In this document: in pieces, positions 41,906 through 56,938 of the stretch
Numbering within the stretch: the stretch's first letter is position 1
Layout of the letters: each line of letters begins with the position of its first letter
Assembly (NCBI GenBank): GCA_964016885.1
Contig: OZ024740.1
Coordinates: forward strand, 121,210,001-121,274,000
Direction: 5' to 3'
DNA from: Eledone cirrhosa
Taxonomy: Eukaryota
DNA length: 64,000 nucleotides
Made by a program: the position numbers and the translations under genes
Notes under the pieces: model-generated
The model's input: the letters and a program-made list of their open reading frames with translations, nothing else
Told to the model about the DNA's origin: nothing
Databases searched by the model: none

Positions 41906-44498
41906 CAGACAAAACATCAAACGTATATACCATGGATGTGGACACTTACAATATCTTCATCCGTAAGGAATTGCATAAAAAATATAAGAAAACTAATGAA
42001 GCTACACTTAAAAACACCAACAACTCGGCATGTTAGTTTGTTAAAAAACTTTTTATTGACGATAGAACGCAACCCTTAACACCAGCTACACCATCCTTCA
42101 ACCTGAAGGACCACAAGGTAAACTTCGATACTGACCCTAAAATTAGACTTATATGCCCCTCTAAATCTGATACAGGCAACATTAGCAAATATATACTAGA
42201 CAGAATTATCCCCCAAGTTAAGGCTAAAGTAGATATTAAACTATGGGGTAACACCCATGAGGCAATAAGATGGTTTAATAGCATTACTGATAAGAAAAAA
42301 TCAAAATTTATTCAGTTCGATATTGATGAATATTATTCCTCAATTTCACCTGATACTCTGCATGAAGCTCTTTCGTTCGCTAAGGCTAATTCCGACCTTA
42401 CGGTTGCTGAAATTAATATTATTATGGAAGCGAGGAAAACTATTGTTAACTTTGATGATAGCTACTGGGTTCGCAAAGATAGACCTTCTAATTTTGATAT
42501 TACTATGGGTTCCAATGATTCGGCGGAAGTAACTGATCTGGTGGGAATTTATATCAGCCACAGACTACAAGGAAAATTCAAGGATCTCCATGGTGGAATC
42601 TACCGTGACGATGCGCTCCTATTAGTTAAGCATATGAATAACCAGAATTTAGAAAGGATGCGTAAAAATATCAGAAAGCATTTTAAGGAACTAGGATTAA
42701 ATATTACATTTGAATATAACCTCAAAGAGGTTAATTTCCTTGATGTTACTTTGAATCTCAATACATAAACGATTAAACCATTCCATAAACTAAATGAGAA
42801 CCTTAAATATGTAAATACGGGTTCTAACCATCCACCCTCTATAATTAAATCCATCCCTAGAAATATTTCCCTTAGAATCTCCCGCCTGTCGTCCAACCAG
42901 CAAACCTTCAAAGAACATGCCGAATATTATGATGATGCACTTAGGAAGGTTGGACACCTAGATAATATAGAGTATATAGTCGACGATCACCAAAAAACCC
43001 AAAATAAATCTCATAGAGGTAGAAATAGCATAGAATCACCACCATACATACACTACCGCAATAGACACACTAATAGTCGCACACCACCAAACAGAAGGCG
43101 ATGTAAAGTGTATATATGGTACAACCCAGTCTATAACAACTCTATTAAAACCAATATACCCTCACAATTCTTTCGATTAGTTAAAAAACACTTTCCAACA
43201 TCACATAAATATAATAAAATCTTAAAACCTAACACTATTCGACTTTCATATTCAACCACCCCTAATATTGAACAACATATAAAAAAGCTTAACACAAAAC
43301 GGTTGTATAAACGCCTTCCAACACATAACAATACACGTAAAACATCGGCTATAACATCACAAAACAACAAACAACATCCCGTCCTACCTAAGCAACATCA
43401 TCAACCCATCCATGCCAATACAACAACGCAAAGTTATATCTGTAACTGTGTCCGTTGAACAATCAGTGTCTTGAACGCAACATCATATACAACTGTACTA
43501 TCGAATCGGATAGCCAGATGTGGTACCATGTGGGGTCTACAGCTACCTCCTTTAAATCTCGCCTTTATAGACATCGTTACTCAATAAGACATGAAAACCA
43601 GCGTTATGTAACAACACTCGCAGACAAGGCTTGGCAGCTGCGCGAAAATAACAAACAATTTAACCTAAAATGGGATATAAAAGCTCCTGCCCCTGCATAT
43701 CACGGACAGGAATTTTGTAAATTGTGTAATATGGAATTATTTTGTATTATGAGATCAAAAAATATTTTATTAAATAACAGAATAGAGCGATCGTTATACT
43801 GTAACCATCGCTTGAAATCTACATTTTCATATTACAAACACTACCAGGATTGAACGCCTGTCTCCATCTCCGTTTGATTGTCAAAATACATATTAACATT
43901 CTCTATTAGTCTTAATTCAGTCAACTATTCTATTCTTTACCATTTAATATAAACTGCTATAGATAAAATTAGATTTCTTTATTCAATTCCCTAATGCATA
44001 TACCAGCAGGCTACCAACAGGCTACCAGCATTGTTGTTATTCAGTAGCAGTGAAAACTCCCTCTTCCTTAATTGACACTTTATATCTATTAATACTACTA
44101 CACCAAACGACCAGCCCTGTCCATTGTTCAATTGGTCAAGTATAGATTAAAATAGGCACTCCCAAAAATTCTTATTTAGATAAAATAAATCATATACTCA
44201 TTGTATTCTCATTAGAAACCTTTTAGATACTTGTTTACCAGTAAATTGAATTGCCATCTGTCATATACTATCCCTTCTCCTCTTCCTTTCTTACAACTAA
44301 TATAAAAACTTCAATTGTTCTGATTGTTTCCAATGTATCCAATATCTCTGAAGTGACAACTGATTATACATTTGCTATCGAATACTTGCTAACATTATAT
44401 GATTACGCAAGCAGCGATACATAGGTATTCCGTCTGTTACAGAAACATATGTCAATACCTAATAAATTCCTTTAAAAAAGCACTTTCATTTTATATTC

Positions 44499-44548
<50 letters not shown>

Positions 44549-46058
44549 CATATATGGGAGTAGTTTGGTTTGAAGAAGGTGGAGGTGATGACACTACGAT
44601 TCGAGGGGTCAATGTAGACGGATATGATCAGGTAGTTTTGACTTAATGTAATATCCAGGCGCTAATGTTTTTAAACTTATTTATAACACATATTAAATAC
44701 AAGCGTTGTCTTTTCCATTCACATTTACATAGATACTTACAAGTTGGGACAGCAAATAAGAAAAATATGCACGTTCATGACAGTTGCTTTGTGAGAAAAA
44801 GAACATTTATGGATAATTGTTTCTTAATCAGTAGTAGAAAAAATTAATTGCTTAATTGGAGTTTTTAAACTCCATCCGGTTAATTGAGATTTTACAGATA
44901 ACTGGCAGGCAATTGTTCTACCACAATGTATTGTGAGACAACTGAAGATAGATGGTGACTGTAACATGACCGAATTGGGAATGACGTTCGTTTACAAACA
45001 TTGAAACCCGAATTCGAAGGACACACTTTTGTGTAATACCCAGACATATACAGATGAAGATCATGATCAAGCTCTTCCGTTGATCGAACAACTAGAAAAT
45101 TCTCCCTCGAATCAAAGGCTAGTCCATTCAAAATAGAGATGCCAAAATCGTTCTGACTTCTGGTAGGCAGTTGTTGACAGAAGTGTCCCGCTGTGAAACT
45201 TGTGTGTAAAATCATAAATGTTGATCATCCTTAGCTCAAATATCGAAGAATATGCGATGAATGCTTAAATAAATATAACTGACGCAATTAGATTATTAAC
45301 TGGTAATCTCTACTTAACAAAGCATTGATTGAACATTGCAAGTATAGTACAAGTACAGGAATTACACGTATTAATTCTTATCGAAGCAAAAAATGATATT
45401 TATTTTAAGATACCAGAAATAATTCGTTTGTAGAGAGATTTTCCACGGGCGGAAAACGCAATCGAGTATATATTGTTTATCAAAAGAAAAATGTGAAGCA
45501 TTGAAGTGGTCACAAGTCATGGAAGTGTGGGATAGACGTTAGCTTCGCAACAAAATGTTTTCAGATTTGATAATACAGTGCAGAATTTTGTACATGAATT
45601 TCCTCACAAACCACTAGTGGTAGAATGTTTCGTAAAAGGAAGCTGTTGAGGCATTCATCGCATATTTCTTGCATAAACACAAATATATACGCGCCCACAC
45701 ACCTATATATATATACATCTCTTACTTCCTCCACCGTCCGGCACCGTCCGAAATTCTTTTCTCGCTCACTTTTCGCAAGGTACATATGGGTCTTTCGTCT
45801 TCTCGTCAGTGTCGAAAGTTCTTATATTCAAATGAATCACTGACTTGATATTCTCATTTTTTTCCTTTTCTTTACGTTGCCTCACCATTTTTTGTTTCTT
45901 CGCCTGTCTCTCTTTCTCCACCTAATTTTTTTTATCCCAATAACTTATTTTAGTTATTGTTCGCGCAGGGCATGATCTTTATTGCGAAGAAATACCTATG
46001 ATGGCTAGTAGATCGGCTTCGGCTTCTCTTTCTAATTTTTACTTCATATATATACATT

Positions 46059-46160
<102 letters not shown>

Positions 46161-46181
46161 TACACACACACACACACACAT

Positions 46182-46214
<33 letters not shown>

Positions 46215-46220
<6 letters not shown>

Positions 46221-46840
46221 ATTGAATAAACAAGAGAGATGAACAATAATATAAACATACATGTGTTCGAATCGTAAGGACCGAAATTTGCTAGGGTGAA
46301 CAAATACTAACTACAGCAATATAGTTTGTTATCCTTAACTTTAAATATTAAATTAAGAAACGTTAAGAAAAATAAAGAAAAATAACAGACATATATGGGG
46401 CAAAAATGCCTGGTAACAACTAGTCAATGTTGGAGAGTCTTTCGCAGTGACATATTAAGTGAAGTACTCACGTTTCTCTGCTCCTCAATAGTTATTGAGA
46501 AATTAGTGATCCTTTCACTTCTAAAACTATTAGAGAATGAATTGTGTACGATATGAATTAGAAGTGAATTTGAAGTGAAAGGATCACTAATTTCTCAACA
46601 ACTAGTGAGGAGCAGAGAAACGTGAGAACTTCAATTAATAAGTCGTTGCAAAACAGTCTCCAACACTGTCTAGTTGTTAACAGGCATTTTTGTCCAATAT
46701 AGGTCTGTTATTTTACTTAATTTTTCTTAATTTAATATTTAAAGTTAAGGATAACAAACTATATTGCTCATTTTGATCCTTACGATTCGAACACACGTAT
46801 GTTTATATTAGTGTTCATCTCTCTTGTTTATTCAATTATA
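46215..46840. repeat. Fold-back palindrome with ~270-310-bp arms and a degenerate hammerhead-like motif
   Basis: 46215-46525 versus 46572-46840 inverted. (T/G)TGAGGA-gcaga-GAAA-cgtgag. Confidence 0.85.
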
Positions 46841-46899
46841 TTGTACTGCTCGGAAAAGCTTTTATCTTAGAGCTATTTAATTGTAAGGGAGTACCCTGA

Positions 46900-48331
46900 G
46901 TTCTTAACTCAATATATATATAAGACCCCGAGGGCTGAGCTCAAGCCGTTTCGACGGCTAATTCTGGACTAAATGAAAATTTATCCTGGTATATAAATAG
47001 CCAAGCTTCTCAAGGGATAATTCTATATATGGTCAACGTGATTGTCACAAGGATTGGTCACAAGTTAGTAGTAATTCTGTGATGGCAAATTAGTGGGGGA
47101 GAGGGTGGCTAAACCTGCCAGTAGGAGAAAGAGGGGAGGGGTGGAATAGACCCAATCATGCGTTGGTAGTGCCGGCTACAGCTGGGCATAAGGTCAAAGA
47201 AGATACTAGGGAGTGGGAGGGGGAGGAAGTCGAAACGGTAAGTAGAACAATTAAAGGTAAAAATATATATATGAACAAAAATAATACTGAGAGTGATAAA
47301 AAGCGAATAAATGTAAAGAAAAAAATAAGCAACTTCTACGGCCTAAGTCTCTAGCTATTGCTAGGCTAGATAAATAAATAAAGAAATAAATAAAGAAAGA
47401 AATAAAGAAATAAAGAAATAAAAAAAGAAATAAAGAAATAAAGAAATAAAAAAATAAGTAAATAAACTAGGTGAGACGGAATAGGAAAGGACCCTTTTAA
47501 GAGGTATAAGTACGTATATCATACGGTGACGGGTCAACAATGGGGGCCACAATACTAAAGAAACACGAAATAATTAATAAAAGGTTTCTACCTCGGGCAC
47601 AATGCCAGCACCCACCCAGTGCAGAAAAGTAAACTAGTACGAGATAATAATTCTGAGTCCCGACAAAAATATACTAATGCTAACTCTAATGGTACCGCCA
47701 CGCTACAAAAGTTCTTATACAAGCTGCATGAACGTTCGTGCGAAGTAAAAGTAGAATACGGAAAAATAAATTCAGAATCCACCCCGCCCAAAAGAAAAGA
47801 GAAGAAAGAAATACTGAAACGAGAAATTAAGGCAGAGGTGCCACTAAGAAATATAGAAGGCACGGAAAAAGGGGGGAGCGGTCCGATAAGGGGGCAAGTA
47901 TGCGAGGTCCAACACAACTGCTATAAAAAGCGGAGTCCGCCAAATCTATCATAGACTAGGGGAGGGGGTGGGGGTACTGAGGCTAAGAAGGGGCCAAAGG
48001 GCTGCCTTGGGTGGGCGAGAAAATTACGCCGACAAAGAAAAGGAACTGGGGTAGAAGGACTAGGGAGGGATGGGGAAGAAGGAAATATAGAGGAAGCGAT
48101 AAAAGAATAAAAAGAAGATCTTACGTCTCCCTTGGCAAGCAGGGGTTACTCATTACAAAATCGGCAAATGGGGTGTTATAGCCCTAGTCTACCCCCCCCC
48201 CCGGTCATTATGGGGTTTGAGGGCGAGGTAAGTCCTACGCAATCTATGTTTACATGCAGTAACCAGTTCATCTTTCTCGCGAGTACTTTGGTGCGTTATG
48301 GTCCACCTGGTTCCTTACCACATTTCCTTCG

Positions 48332-48335
<4 letters not shown>
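46900..48335. mobile_element. Unclassified non-coding repeat whose termini are shared with 59800-59995
   Basis: gctcaagc.gtttcgacggcta (~46938 and ~59829) and ggtgcgttatggtcca..ttccttcgttata (~48290 and ~59952). Both copies end in (TA)n. Confidence 0.55.
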
Positions 48336-48416
<81 letters not shown>

Positions 48417-49579
48417 TGTGTGTGCGTGTGTGTATGTGTGTGTGTGTGTGTGTGTGTAAAAGGTAAACAGAATTAACAACACAATCGGTATATGGAAGGA
48501 ATATATTAGTTTAACGCTTCAAATAGCAGGAAGAGGATCTTAAAGTTTCATATATATAATTATATGTATATATATCAGCCAGTATTGCACCATTGCACCA
48601 AGAAAAATACAAACATCCACGAGAAATCAGATCAGGAATTTATTTGTTTAACATATGTTTCCCTGTCTATTACAATTGTCTACATATGATGATTACAAAA
48701 TATATTGTTCAAACATATGCAATATTTCATTATTTATCATCACTTCATCAGAAAGCTTATAATTATTGAAGAATTGACTAGTCACTACGCCGTAGTATTC
48801 AGGATATATACGTGTGTGTGTGTATGTGTGTGTGTGCGTGCACCCGTAACTCCTGGTGAAGGCGTAGGTGTGCCGCAGTGACATACGGAGGTTGTTTCAT
48901 ATTAAAATCATTTTTTTAAACTAAGTCATGCTTATCTCGCCAGGTATAAAGACAAAGGCGTGATAATGAGACACACTGGATGATTCAACCCCATAACTGG
49001 ACTAGTTACCCTCAACAGGATTTGAACTCTGAACTCTGTTTGTTAATAAATTCGGCAAGGCAATCTATACAGCATTCTAACGAATCTGACAATTCGCCTC
49101 CGTCTATCGCACTATCTCTTTCTTTCTCTCTCTCTATTTTTTCTTTCTTTATCTCTTCATATATATATATATATATATATGTGTGCGTGTGTGTGTGCAT
49201 ATGTCTGTGTGTGTGTGTGTGTGTGTACGTTTGTGTGTGTGTGTATAAAAGTTAGTAATTGACAGTGTTACACACATATAAACATTCACGACCTGACCAG
49301 ACATTTACTCAGATAAAGTACATAGGTTCACTCACACTTTCACAACATGGACATGCTATAGGTAAACAAAATTAAATTACGAAGTAAAAAATAAAACGCA
49401 AAACAAAACAATGATGTATTGAAATTGACTTATTCATTCAATGCACAAATATACTCCAGTCGATTCACCCGGGTGCTATGAAATAACAAACAGGAAGTGC
49501 GTCATATTCCCCAGACTAAATAATGAATAATATACTTACTCATGATTCCACCTGCGTACACATGAAAATATATAAATTC

Positions 49580-49642
<63 letters not shown>

Positions 49643-50151
49643 TGTGTGTATGTGTGTCTCTGTGTGTATGTGTGTGTGTGTATATGTATGTAATGATAGA
49701 TGTATATGTGTGTATGTGTGTCGTGTGTGAGCTTACGTTTGTGTAGTGACATCTATCCATCTGAACACAAACACACATTTATATAAATACATAGACATAT
49801 ACCACCAAAAATACTTGTTTGCAAGAATGTCGACGTGGAAGAGTAAGTTCAGTAAATTTATAACCGACAAAAACCGTTAAATTCTCATTCCGTATATTTT
49901 ATTGTAGCATCCTCGATTATGGACAAAAGGATGTGTTACACACATACGAAATGTTTATTAAATACTGACCCACTTCCATTATAGTGGAATAGCAACAGTG
50001 ACCAGGCTGTTGATGAGCAGCGAAACGTTTAACAAATATGAAGAAATAAACGATACGTGAACAAACGGCCTCTCATAATGTCATAAATTTCTAAAGTGAC
50101 ATTGTTTCCGAAGCATTCCTTTCAATTTCAACAAACTCATCACTTGACAAA

Positions 50152-50224
<73 letters not shown>
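50152..50224. repeat. (ATCT)n microsatellite at the LINE 5' junction
   Basis: Direct reading. Confidence 0.95.
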
Positions 50225-50225
<1 letters not shown>

Positions 50226-50426
50226 GATAGAGTGAGACACGCTTCACATCAGCTCTGCTATTCTATCGGAATTTACCCTTACTATAGTAAGTACCAGTGA
50301 ATTTTTTCAGTGCAACACATTTGGAACACTTACCCCTGTTATTTAGGGAAACATTTTTACATTTTACCCCCTTTTTAGGGGGTAAAATAAATAACTATTT
50401 TTCTGTAAAACTTCTTTCTTGGACGC

Positions 50427-51894
50427 ATGGCGGGAAAGATGGCAGACATGTCTGCCATTAGCTCTGCCACGCCCCCCAAGTCTGAAGAACAAAAAATGGA
50501 TACAACAAAACTAGACAACGAAACAAACAAGGAAAATGAAAAAACAAATGTTACGGAAAATGAGCAAACGGAAAACAAACAAATAGAAAATAAGAATACA
50601 AAAAACAACAAGGCAACTTTCGCCCAGACAACAAAAAAATCTATAATATATACACCTATTGACTTGACTGCCGCCAGAGAAAAACTGACAGAAGCAAAAA
50701 AACACATAGTCTTGGGGGAGAACGGAATGTTTTCCATTAATTCCCCCCCCAGAATTCAAGAAAACGAGACTAGAAAACACTGTTCTGTTTAGAACAATTC
50801 TAAACCACACGAGAAAGCCAGCACAGCCCAGCCAAATGGAGATAGAGTTGGTCCTAAAAGACTATATGAAGAATATTCTCTTCATACGAAAGGACCGACT
50901 CTATGGCAGCATTTCTGTTTTAACAAAAGACAAGGAAACAGCACAGAGGCTTTCCCTAAGCCCACTCTCAACAACAGCATACAACTTCTAACCCTCCTAC
51001 ATGGGTAGAAGAACTCAGAGAGTCAAAATACAGACAATGCTGCCCACAATGGACTTCTGGTGGGCTATTGCTGGCTTCATAGACATGGGCGAGGACACAG
51101 TGCTGTCAATGGGGAAGGCATCTGGAGATGCGTTCGTGGGAATGGGCCTCGACCTACTAGTCCAAATGAGGCCCGAAAGAATAGCGCAAATCCCGGATCG
51201 CATCTGGCTGGATGACCTCACCCCAATATATATAATTGTAGAGGGGAGAAGACCAGCATGCTATTCATGCATGGAAATGGGACACGTTAAGGCTAACTGC
51301 CCGAATCGTATCCCCCCAAAAGGACTATTGCCCACACCCACCACAAACAGTACACCAACACCACCCACCTCCAAAAATACACTAATACCACACACAGCAA
51401 ACAAAATACAGACACCACCAACCACAAGCACAACACAAACATCACCACCACCAGCACCAAACACAAGCACGACACAAAAATCACCACCACCATCAGCAAC
51501 CAAAACACAAACATCACCACCACCATCACCAACCACAAGCACGACACAAACATCACCACCACCACCACAAAACACATTCCAAACTAATAATAAAAAAAAC
51601 AGCAACAAATCCACCCCTCCCGCAAAAAAACAACAACCAGACACCACGTCCCTCCCACCTAGCGCTGAAGAGTTTCCCCCAACTTCTAAAGAAGAAGGAG
51701 GAGAAGCCTTCAGACAAGTTAAAAGAAAAAAACGAAAGCACACACCCAGCACACCACAACAACAAGTAACCCACACACAAACACCAACTGCAATCAAAAA
51801 CACCCCACCCTCTACAAACAAAAATAAATCTGCGCCTCCCCTCTTCGAAACATTGACAGCATCACAAAAAAGACTTTGCAATACACATATATAA
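50427..51894 (+). pseudogene. LINE ORF1 (gag-like, Zn knuckle, Pro/Thr-rich repeats), frameshifted
   Basis: ORFs 50427-50792 and 51001-51894. EGRRPACYSCMEMGHVKANCP. Confidence 0.85.
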
Positions 51895-52225
51895 ATAAAG
51901 AAAACAAAAAACTGTTTAAATTAATAAACAATAGCCCTTTGGTGCAGACCGAAGGGCCAAACTTTATCTCAACATAGAACTTCACCCATTTAAAAATGAT
52001 AAAGCCCCCCATGTTTAAAAACGTTAAATCGCGTCCTCTTGAAAGATTTCCCCATAACCCCCCTCTCTCTGACACAACTCCAAATACCCCAACCCCACCA
52101 CACTCGGATACCCCCACATCACCACAAAACATCCCTCCACCCATCACACCCGATCCCATGGAAATTACACAACCCGGAGAGGTAGGTGCTTTTCTTTCTT
52201 CACTTTCAACACCAAAATAGATCAA

Positions 52226-55200
52226 TTGAGAGTTGGCTGCTTGAATGCGCGTTGCCTGGGCTCAGCTTGGAAGCAAGCAAAGCTTCTAAGTGACCTCAGG
52301 TCGCGAAGTATAGATGTGATGGTTGTTTGCGAGAGTCGGATCAGCAGCGTGCGACAGCTGGCACCCGTCTTCGATGACTTTGAGATGCACGCATCTCTCT
52401 GTCAACCCGGAGGCGGGGGTGGGGTTGCCGTACTGCTGGATAAACGTCTGGCTCTCGACGTACAGATTGTTCACTCGGACCCGGGGGGTCGTTTACTGGT
52501 GCTGGACGTCGGAGGCGGTGAAGGCGGGGCTTTCAGACTGGTCGGTCTTTATGCCCCCTTCGGGGCTGAAAGAGCCGACTTCTTCCAGAGTCTGGAGACT
52601 TTTCTAGGAACGTCGCGTTCCCTGCTTTTAGTGGAGGACTGGAATGGAATCCTAGATGCGCGTTGGGACTATGTAGGGGCATGTCCCGATAGAGAAGGGT
52701 GTAGCGGCCTCAAGGGGTTACTCCATCGAGTCGATCTGGTCGATAGATTTCGACTAGATTTTCTAACTGTGCCAACCTGGACCTGGGCAAACCGCAGTGG
52801 TCAATCTAGATCGTACCTAGATAGGTTTTTGGTTAGGAGTAAGGATAGGGACGTATTTAGTTGTCCAGAATTGCTCATGGTTGGCTATTCAGATCACAAA
52901 TTAGTGACCTGCGTGGTCAACCTTGATAGAACGCATAGACAGGGTCCCGGTTACGGGAAGATGAACTTGTCCTTGCCAGCAAAGGAAGCTTACAGGAACC
53001 GGATTAGTAGCTTAGTTAAGATGCGGTTGACGGGAGCGATCGTCAACAGCAGGTGGTGGGCATCTCTAAAGAGAGAGATTAAAGTAAATTCGATAGGTTA
53101 CAGTAAGGAACTAGCGGCGAATAGAAATAGGAGGGAAAGGGAGTTAACAGATAAACTAGAAGAGGCGATTAGGAGCGGAGACGTGGCCAGAGCGTTAGCG
53201 TCGAGAACGGCATTTAGCCAGTTCTTTGACGCGAAGCACGAAGGCTGCGTTATCCGAAGTAAAATACGTGCTTTAGGAAACGAGGGGACCAAAGCTGTTA
53301 GCTGGGCCCGCGTGACAGAAGCCAAGAGTGGGATTAAATCCACCATTCGGTCTTTCGAAACCAGGATGGACGGGTGATCCTTGAACCTGAGCGGATGTGC
53401 GAGGCCTTTCAAAGGCACTTTGCTCGACTGTGCGGAGGGGGCGGGGGGTCGGACGAGGATGTGGACTTCGGTCCATACATCGACGGTCTACCGCGTCTTT
53501 CGAGCGGCGAAGCGGACTGCTGCGAAAGGCCAATCACAGCCACTGAAATCGGTGAAGCGCTCAGCCAATGCAACAGACGCAAATCTCCGGGTCTCGATGG
53601 TCTACCATACGAACTTTATTTAGCTATGCTGGTCTTGTTCTCCGAACTCCTCGAGGCTGTCTATTGCAACTGGCAACAGAACGGGAGAAATCCCTGTTCT
53701 CTGCCCAAGGGCGTAGTCACGCTAGTGAGGAAGGACGAGAGCAAGGGGGACGACTTAAGTAACTTTAGGCCCATAACTCTGCTGAATGCAGAGTTACAGA
53801 TTTTGGCCAAGGTCTTGGCGAAGAGGTTGGCGCTTGTGGTGAGTGGTTTGGTGGGAGACGCGCAGACATGCGCTATCCCGTCCAGATCCATTCACGACAA
53901 CCTCCACCTCATGCGATACATCGTAGAGAGGGTTGGGAACGAATTCCGCTTTGGTGGGGCCCTGTTCAACTTGGATCAATCTAAGGCGTTCGATAGGTTC
54001 GACCATGGTTACCTGGATGCGGTGCTAGCGGCGGCGGGCTTCGGACCCGTTTTCAGGGGCTGGATTTCTGCCATGCACAGTGGCAACGTCTGCTCTAGGG
54101 TTAAAGTAAACGGCTACCTCTCGGAGCCGTTTCAAATCACCCGGTCCATCAGGCAGGGGTGCCCACTCGCGTCCCTTCTGTACGTATTGGCTCGCGAGCC
54201 ACTGCTGCGGAAGTTGGAGTTGCTGCGGGGCATACCCCTGGAACCGGGATTGCACAAAGCGGTCTCGGCCTATGCCGACGACGTAACAGTAATGGTGGCG
54301 GACGCCTCGGAAATCGGGGCGATCGCCACCCTACTGGAGGAATACGAAAGGCTGACGGGGGCTAGGCTGAACCGGGACAAATCAGTCGGTTTGCAACTCG
54401 GAACGTGGAGGGGAAAACCGATGCCGTTAGACGGTGTCGTCGGGCGGTGGACGGAGGGCCCGGTGAAGCTGCTCGGGGTCTGGTTCGGACCGGACCTCCA
54501 GGTGGAGAAGAATTGGGGCGAGGTGACGAGCAGGGTGTTTGCGCTGACCCAGAAGTGGGCCAAGTGCAAACTATCACTGAAAGGTCGGGCGGAGGTGACG
54601 AACGCTTACATAGCGTCCGTAATCTACTACCGCCTGACCGTCGTGCCTTGCCCCAAGGAAACGATCACCATCATGGAGCGCATGTTCTTCCAGTTCCTCT
54701 GGAAGAAGCGGCCTCCCATGGTGAGGAGATCCATCTGCTGCCAGCACCCTTCGAAAGGAGGGCTGGGTATGCCGTGGCTGTTGATGCATAGGCACGCATT
54801 GAGGCTACGGCATCTACAGGTATTCCTCACCGGTCAGCCGGTGTGGGCCCTGTTTGTGAGCGAGCCTTCCCACAGCTCGTCTCGCTCACCAAGCTGCAAT
54901 CCTGGGTGAAGCAAAGATCGAGAAAACTGGGCAACTGGCACACCGAGTGTGCACAGGCGCTCACGGCTCTCTGGCAAGCGGACCCGACTATCAGTGGAGA
55001 ATCCACCTCGACATTCTATAGAGGGCTGGTGGATAGCAGGGGCGACGACACCCTTGGAGAGTCGCTAGGCATGGAGAGGACGAACTGGCCAGCCTGTTCG
55101 GTAGAACTTTCGGCCCGGGACCCATGGACAACTTGCAGAGGTCCCTAGCCTGGCAGTACTACCGGGGGGCTTTGCCCGTTCGAGAAAAGCTCTACAGACA

Positions 55201-55651
55201 CGGGCGCCCGGACAGGGATCCCGCGAAAAAGATCTGTCCCAGATGCGTGCGCGACGTGGAAACCGTTGCGCACGCACTAGTACACTGCCCGGCCGTTGCC
55301 GATCTGTGGGGCTACGTCGAACGACTGCTGTCACGTGTGGCGCCGATTCGATTGGCCGCCGAGTCTGTGGTGAACATCAAGCCGCCTCCTCCCTTCAGAA
55401 ATGAAGCAGAGCCGGTCTTTCTGTGCGTAATAGCCATGATGAAAGAGGTTGTGTGGTGGACGCGCCTGAAAGGTCTGAGGTCGGGTGACTTTCTCTCCGG
55501 CCAACACCTGGTTTACTTCTTCCGATACCACTTCGGAAGAAGGATCAGGATGGAGAGAGAAGTGCTTGGCCCCAGACAGTTTTATGAAAGGTGGGTGAAA
55601 GAAGCGAGAATGGCTCGTGTAAATGGGCCTTCTCTCTACATTGTTCTGTAG
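52226..55651 (+). pseudogene. LINE ORF2 (APE endonuclease, RT, C-terminal Zn finger), frameshifted into several pieces
   Basis: CLNARCL, VCES, LYAP, DWN, SYLDRF, SDH; KSPGLDGL, NFRPITLLN, LDQSKAFDR, RQGCPL, AYADD; CPRC..ETVAHALVHC. Confidence 0.92.
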
Positions 55652-55896
55652 GTGAAGAAGTGAAGAGGAAAGGGGGAGCGCCTCCTCTCTGGGCTTCCCC
55701 CGCGAAAAGGGTTGCACACTTTTCGGGGGTATGTGCAATCCCCAATAACGCCCCCTCCCTTTTGAGGACTTTTTATTATTATATTATTCTTATTGTTATG
55801 CCTTTTTCTTTACTCGCATTTATGTAAACTTCCCCCTGTGTATTTGTCCCTTTCTCTTGTGCCCTAGTGGCAAATAAAGAAATCTATCTATCTATT

Positions 55897-55983
<87 letters not shown>

Positions 55984-56129
55984 CTATCTGTCTATCTATA
56001 TATCTATCTATCTATCTGTCTAACTATGGATGAGTTGTTGTTCGGAAACACCTTTCAGTCCGGACAACAACTAGCCCTTCTTTAAGTACTACTTCAGAAA
56101 GAAGGTGATAGGGAGAGAAAGGTGTTACA

Positions 56130-56370
56130 CCTCAGTAAATTCGCTGAATGGCAGGTCAATGTGGCCCAAGTGAATGGGCCTTCTCTGTATATAAACGTGT
56201 AGGTTGAGGAAGACAAACAGAGGAAAGACGGGAACACCTACAAAACGCGTTCTTGGTGTTGAGGGTTGTTCTATCAACGGTATGTAAAACAACCCCGATA
56301 GTAACGTTGGGGATTTCAAATGTTTTATTTTGTATATAGTTTTTTGTTATACATTATTATTGTTAACTTT
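56130..56370 (+). mobile_element. Short diverged Tx1-like 3' fragment
   Basis: gtgaatgggccttctctgtat..gtaggt resembles the ORF2 end at 55618-55653. Confidence 0.5.
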
Positions 56371-56554
56371 GCATCTCATCGTTACGGGGTCGATAAAATA
56401 AAGTACCAGTAATGTACTGAGTAATTGCTGGCCTTGTGCCAAAAGGAGAAACAATTATTGTAAAATACTTTTATGTAAAATCCCCGCCGTCAGGTCTAGT
56501 AATGTACCATTTGTGTACGCCATTATGGCAAATAATGAAATATCTCTCTCTCTC

Positions 56555-56704
<150 letters not shown>

Positions 56705-56903
56705 ATTAAATGATAAACAACATAATACAATTGTTCCATTACCAAAGGTTTCAGGAAAATAGACGATCCTTACAGAAACGTCCACTTCGTTGATCAGATG
56801 AAATAGTTATAATTTGGATAAAAGATTTGAAATTAATATCTATTAAAAATGAGACTATACATAGAGCACTCTTCTTTACTTTAGCTTTTCTATGGAAACA
56901 CCT

Positions 56904-56938
<35 letters not shown>

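Larger units (their letters stand above)
36165..44505 (+). mobile_element. Full-length Penelope-like element in partial-tandem form (upstream endonuclease+pLTR copy, ORF, pLTR), interrupted by a Gypsy element
   Basis: 36170-37225 is repeated at 43447-44505. The ORF starts at 37385 (SLKNIP..RIRWK..RAD|KT) and resumes at 41911: FIQFDIDEYYSSI, FDITMGSNDSAEVTDLVG, IYRDD, IWYNP, GIY-YIG, CKLC, CNHR. Contains stops and a frameshift. Confidence 0.93.
50225..55881 (+). mobile_element. Near full-length L1/Tx1-clade LINE
   Basis: 5'UTR, ORF1 with a CCHC knuckle, ORF2 with APE-RT-Zn finger, and a 3'UTR ending AATAAAGAA followed by ATCT repeats. Confidence 0.93.

Noticed and set aside
44554-45215. Host exons or the 107-aa minus-strand ORF in unique-looking sequence
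   Set aside because: No recognisable domain. The candidate splice phases give only short peptides.
52286-55745. Many overlapping and antisense ORFs within the LINE and Gypsy coding regions
   Set aside because: Shadow ORFs of GC-richer coding sequence.
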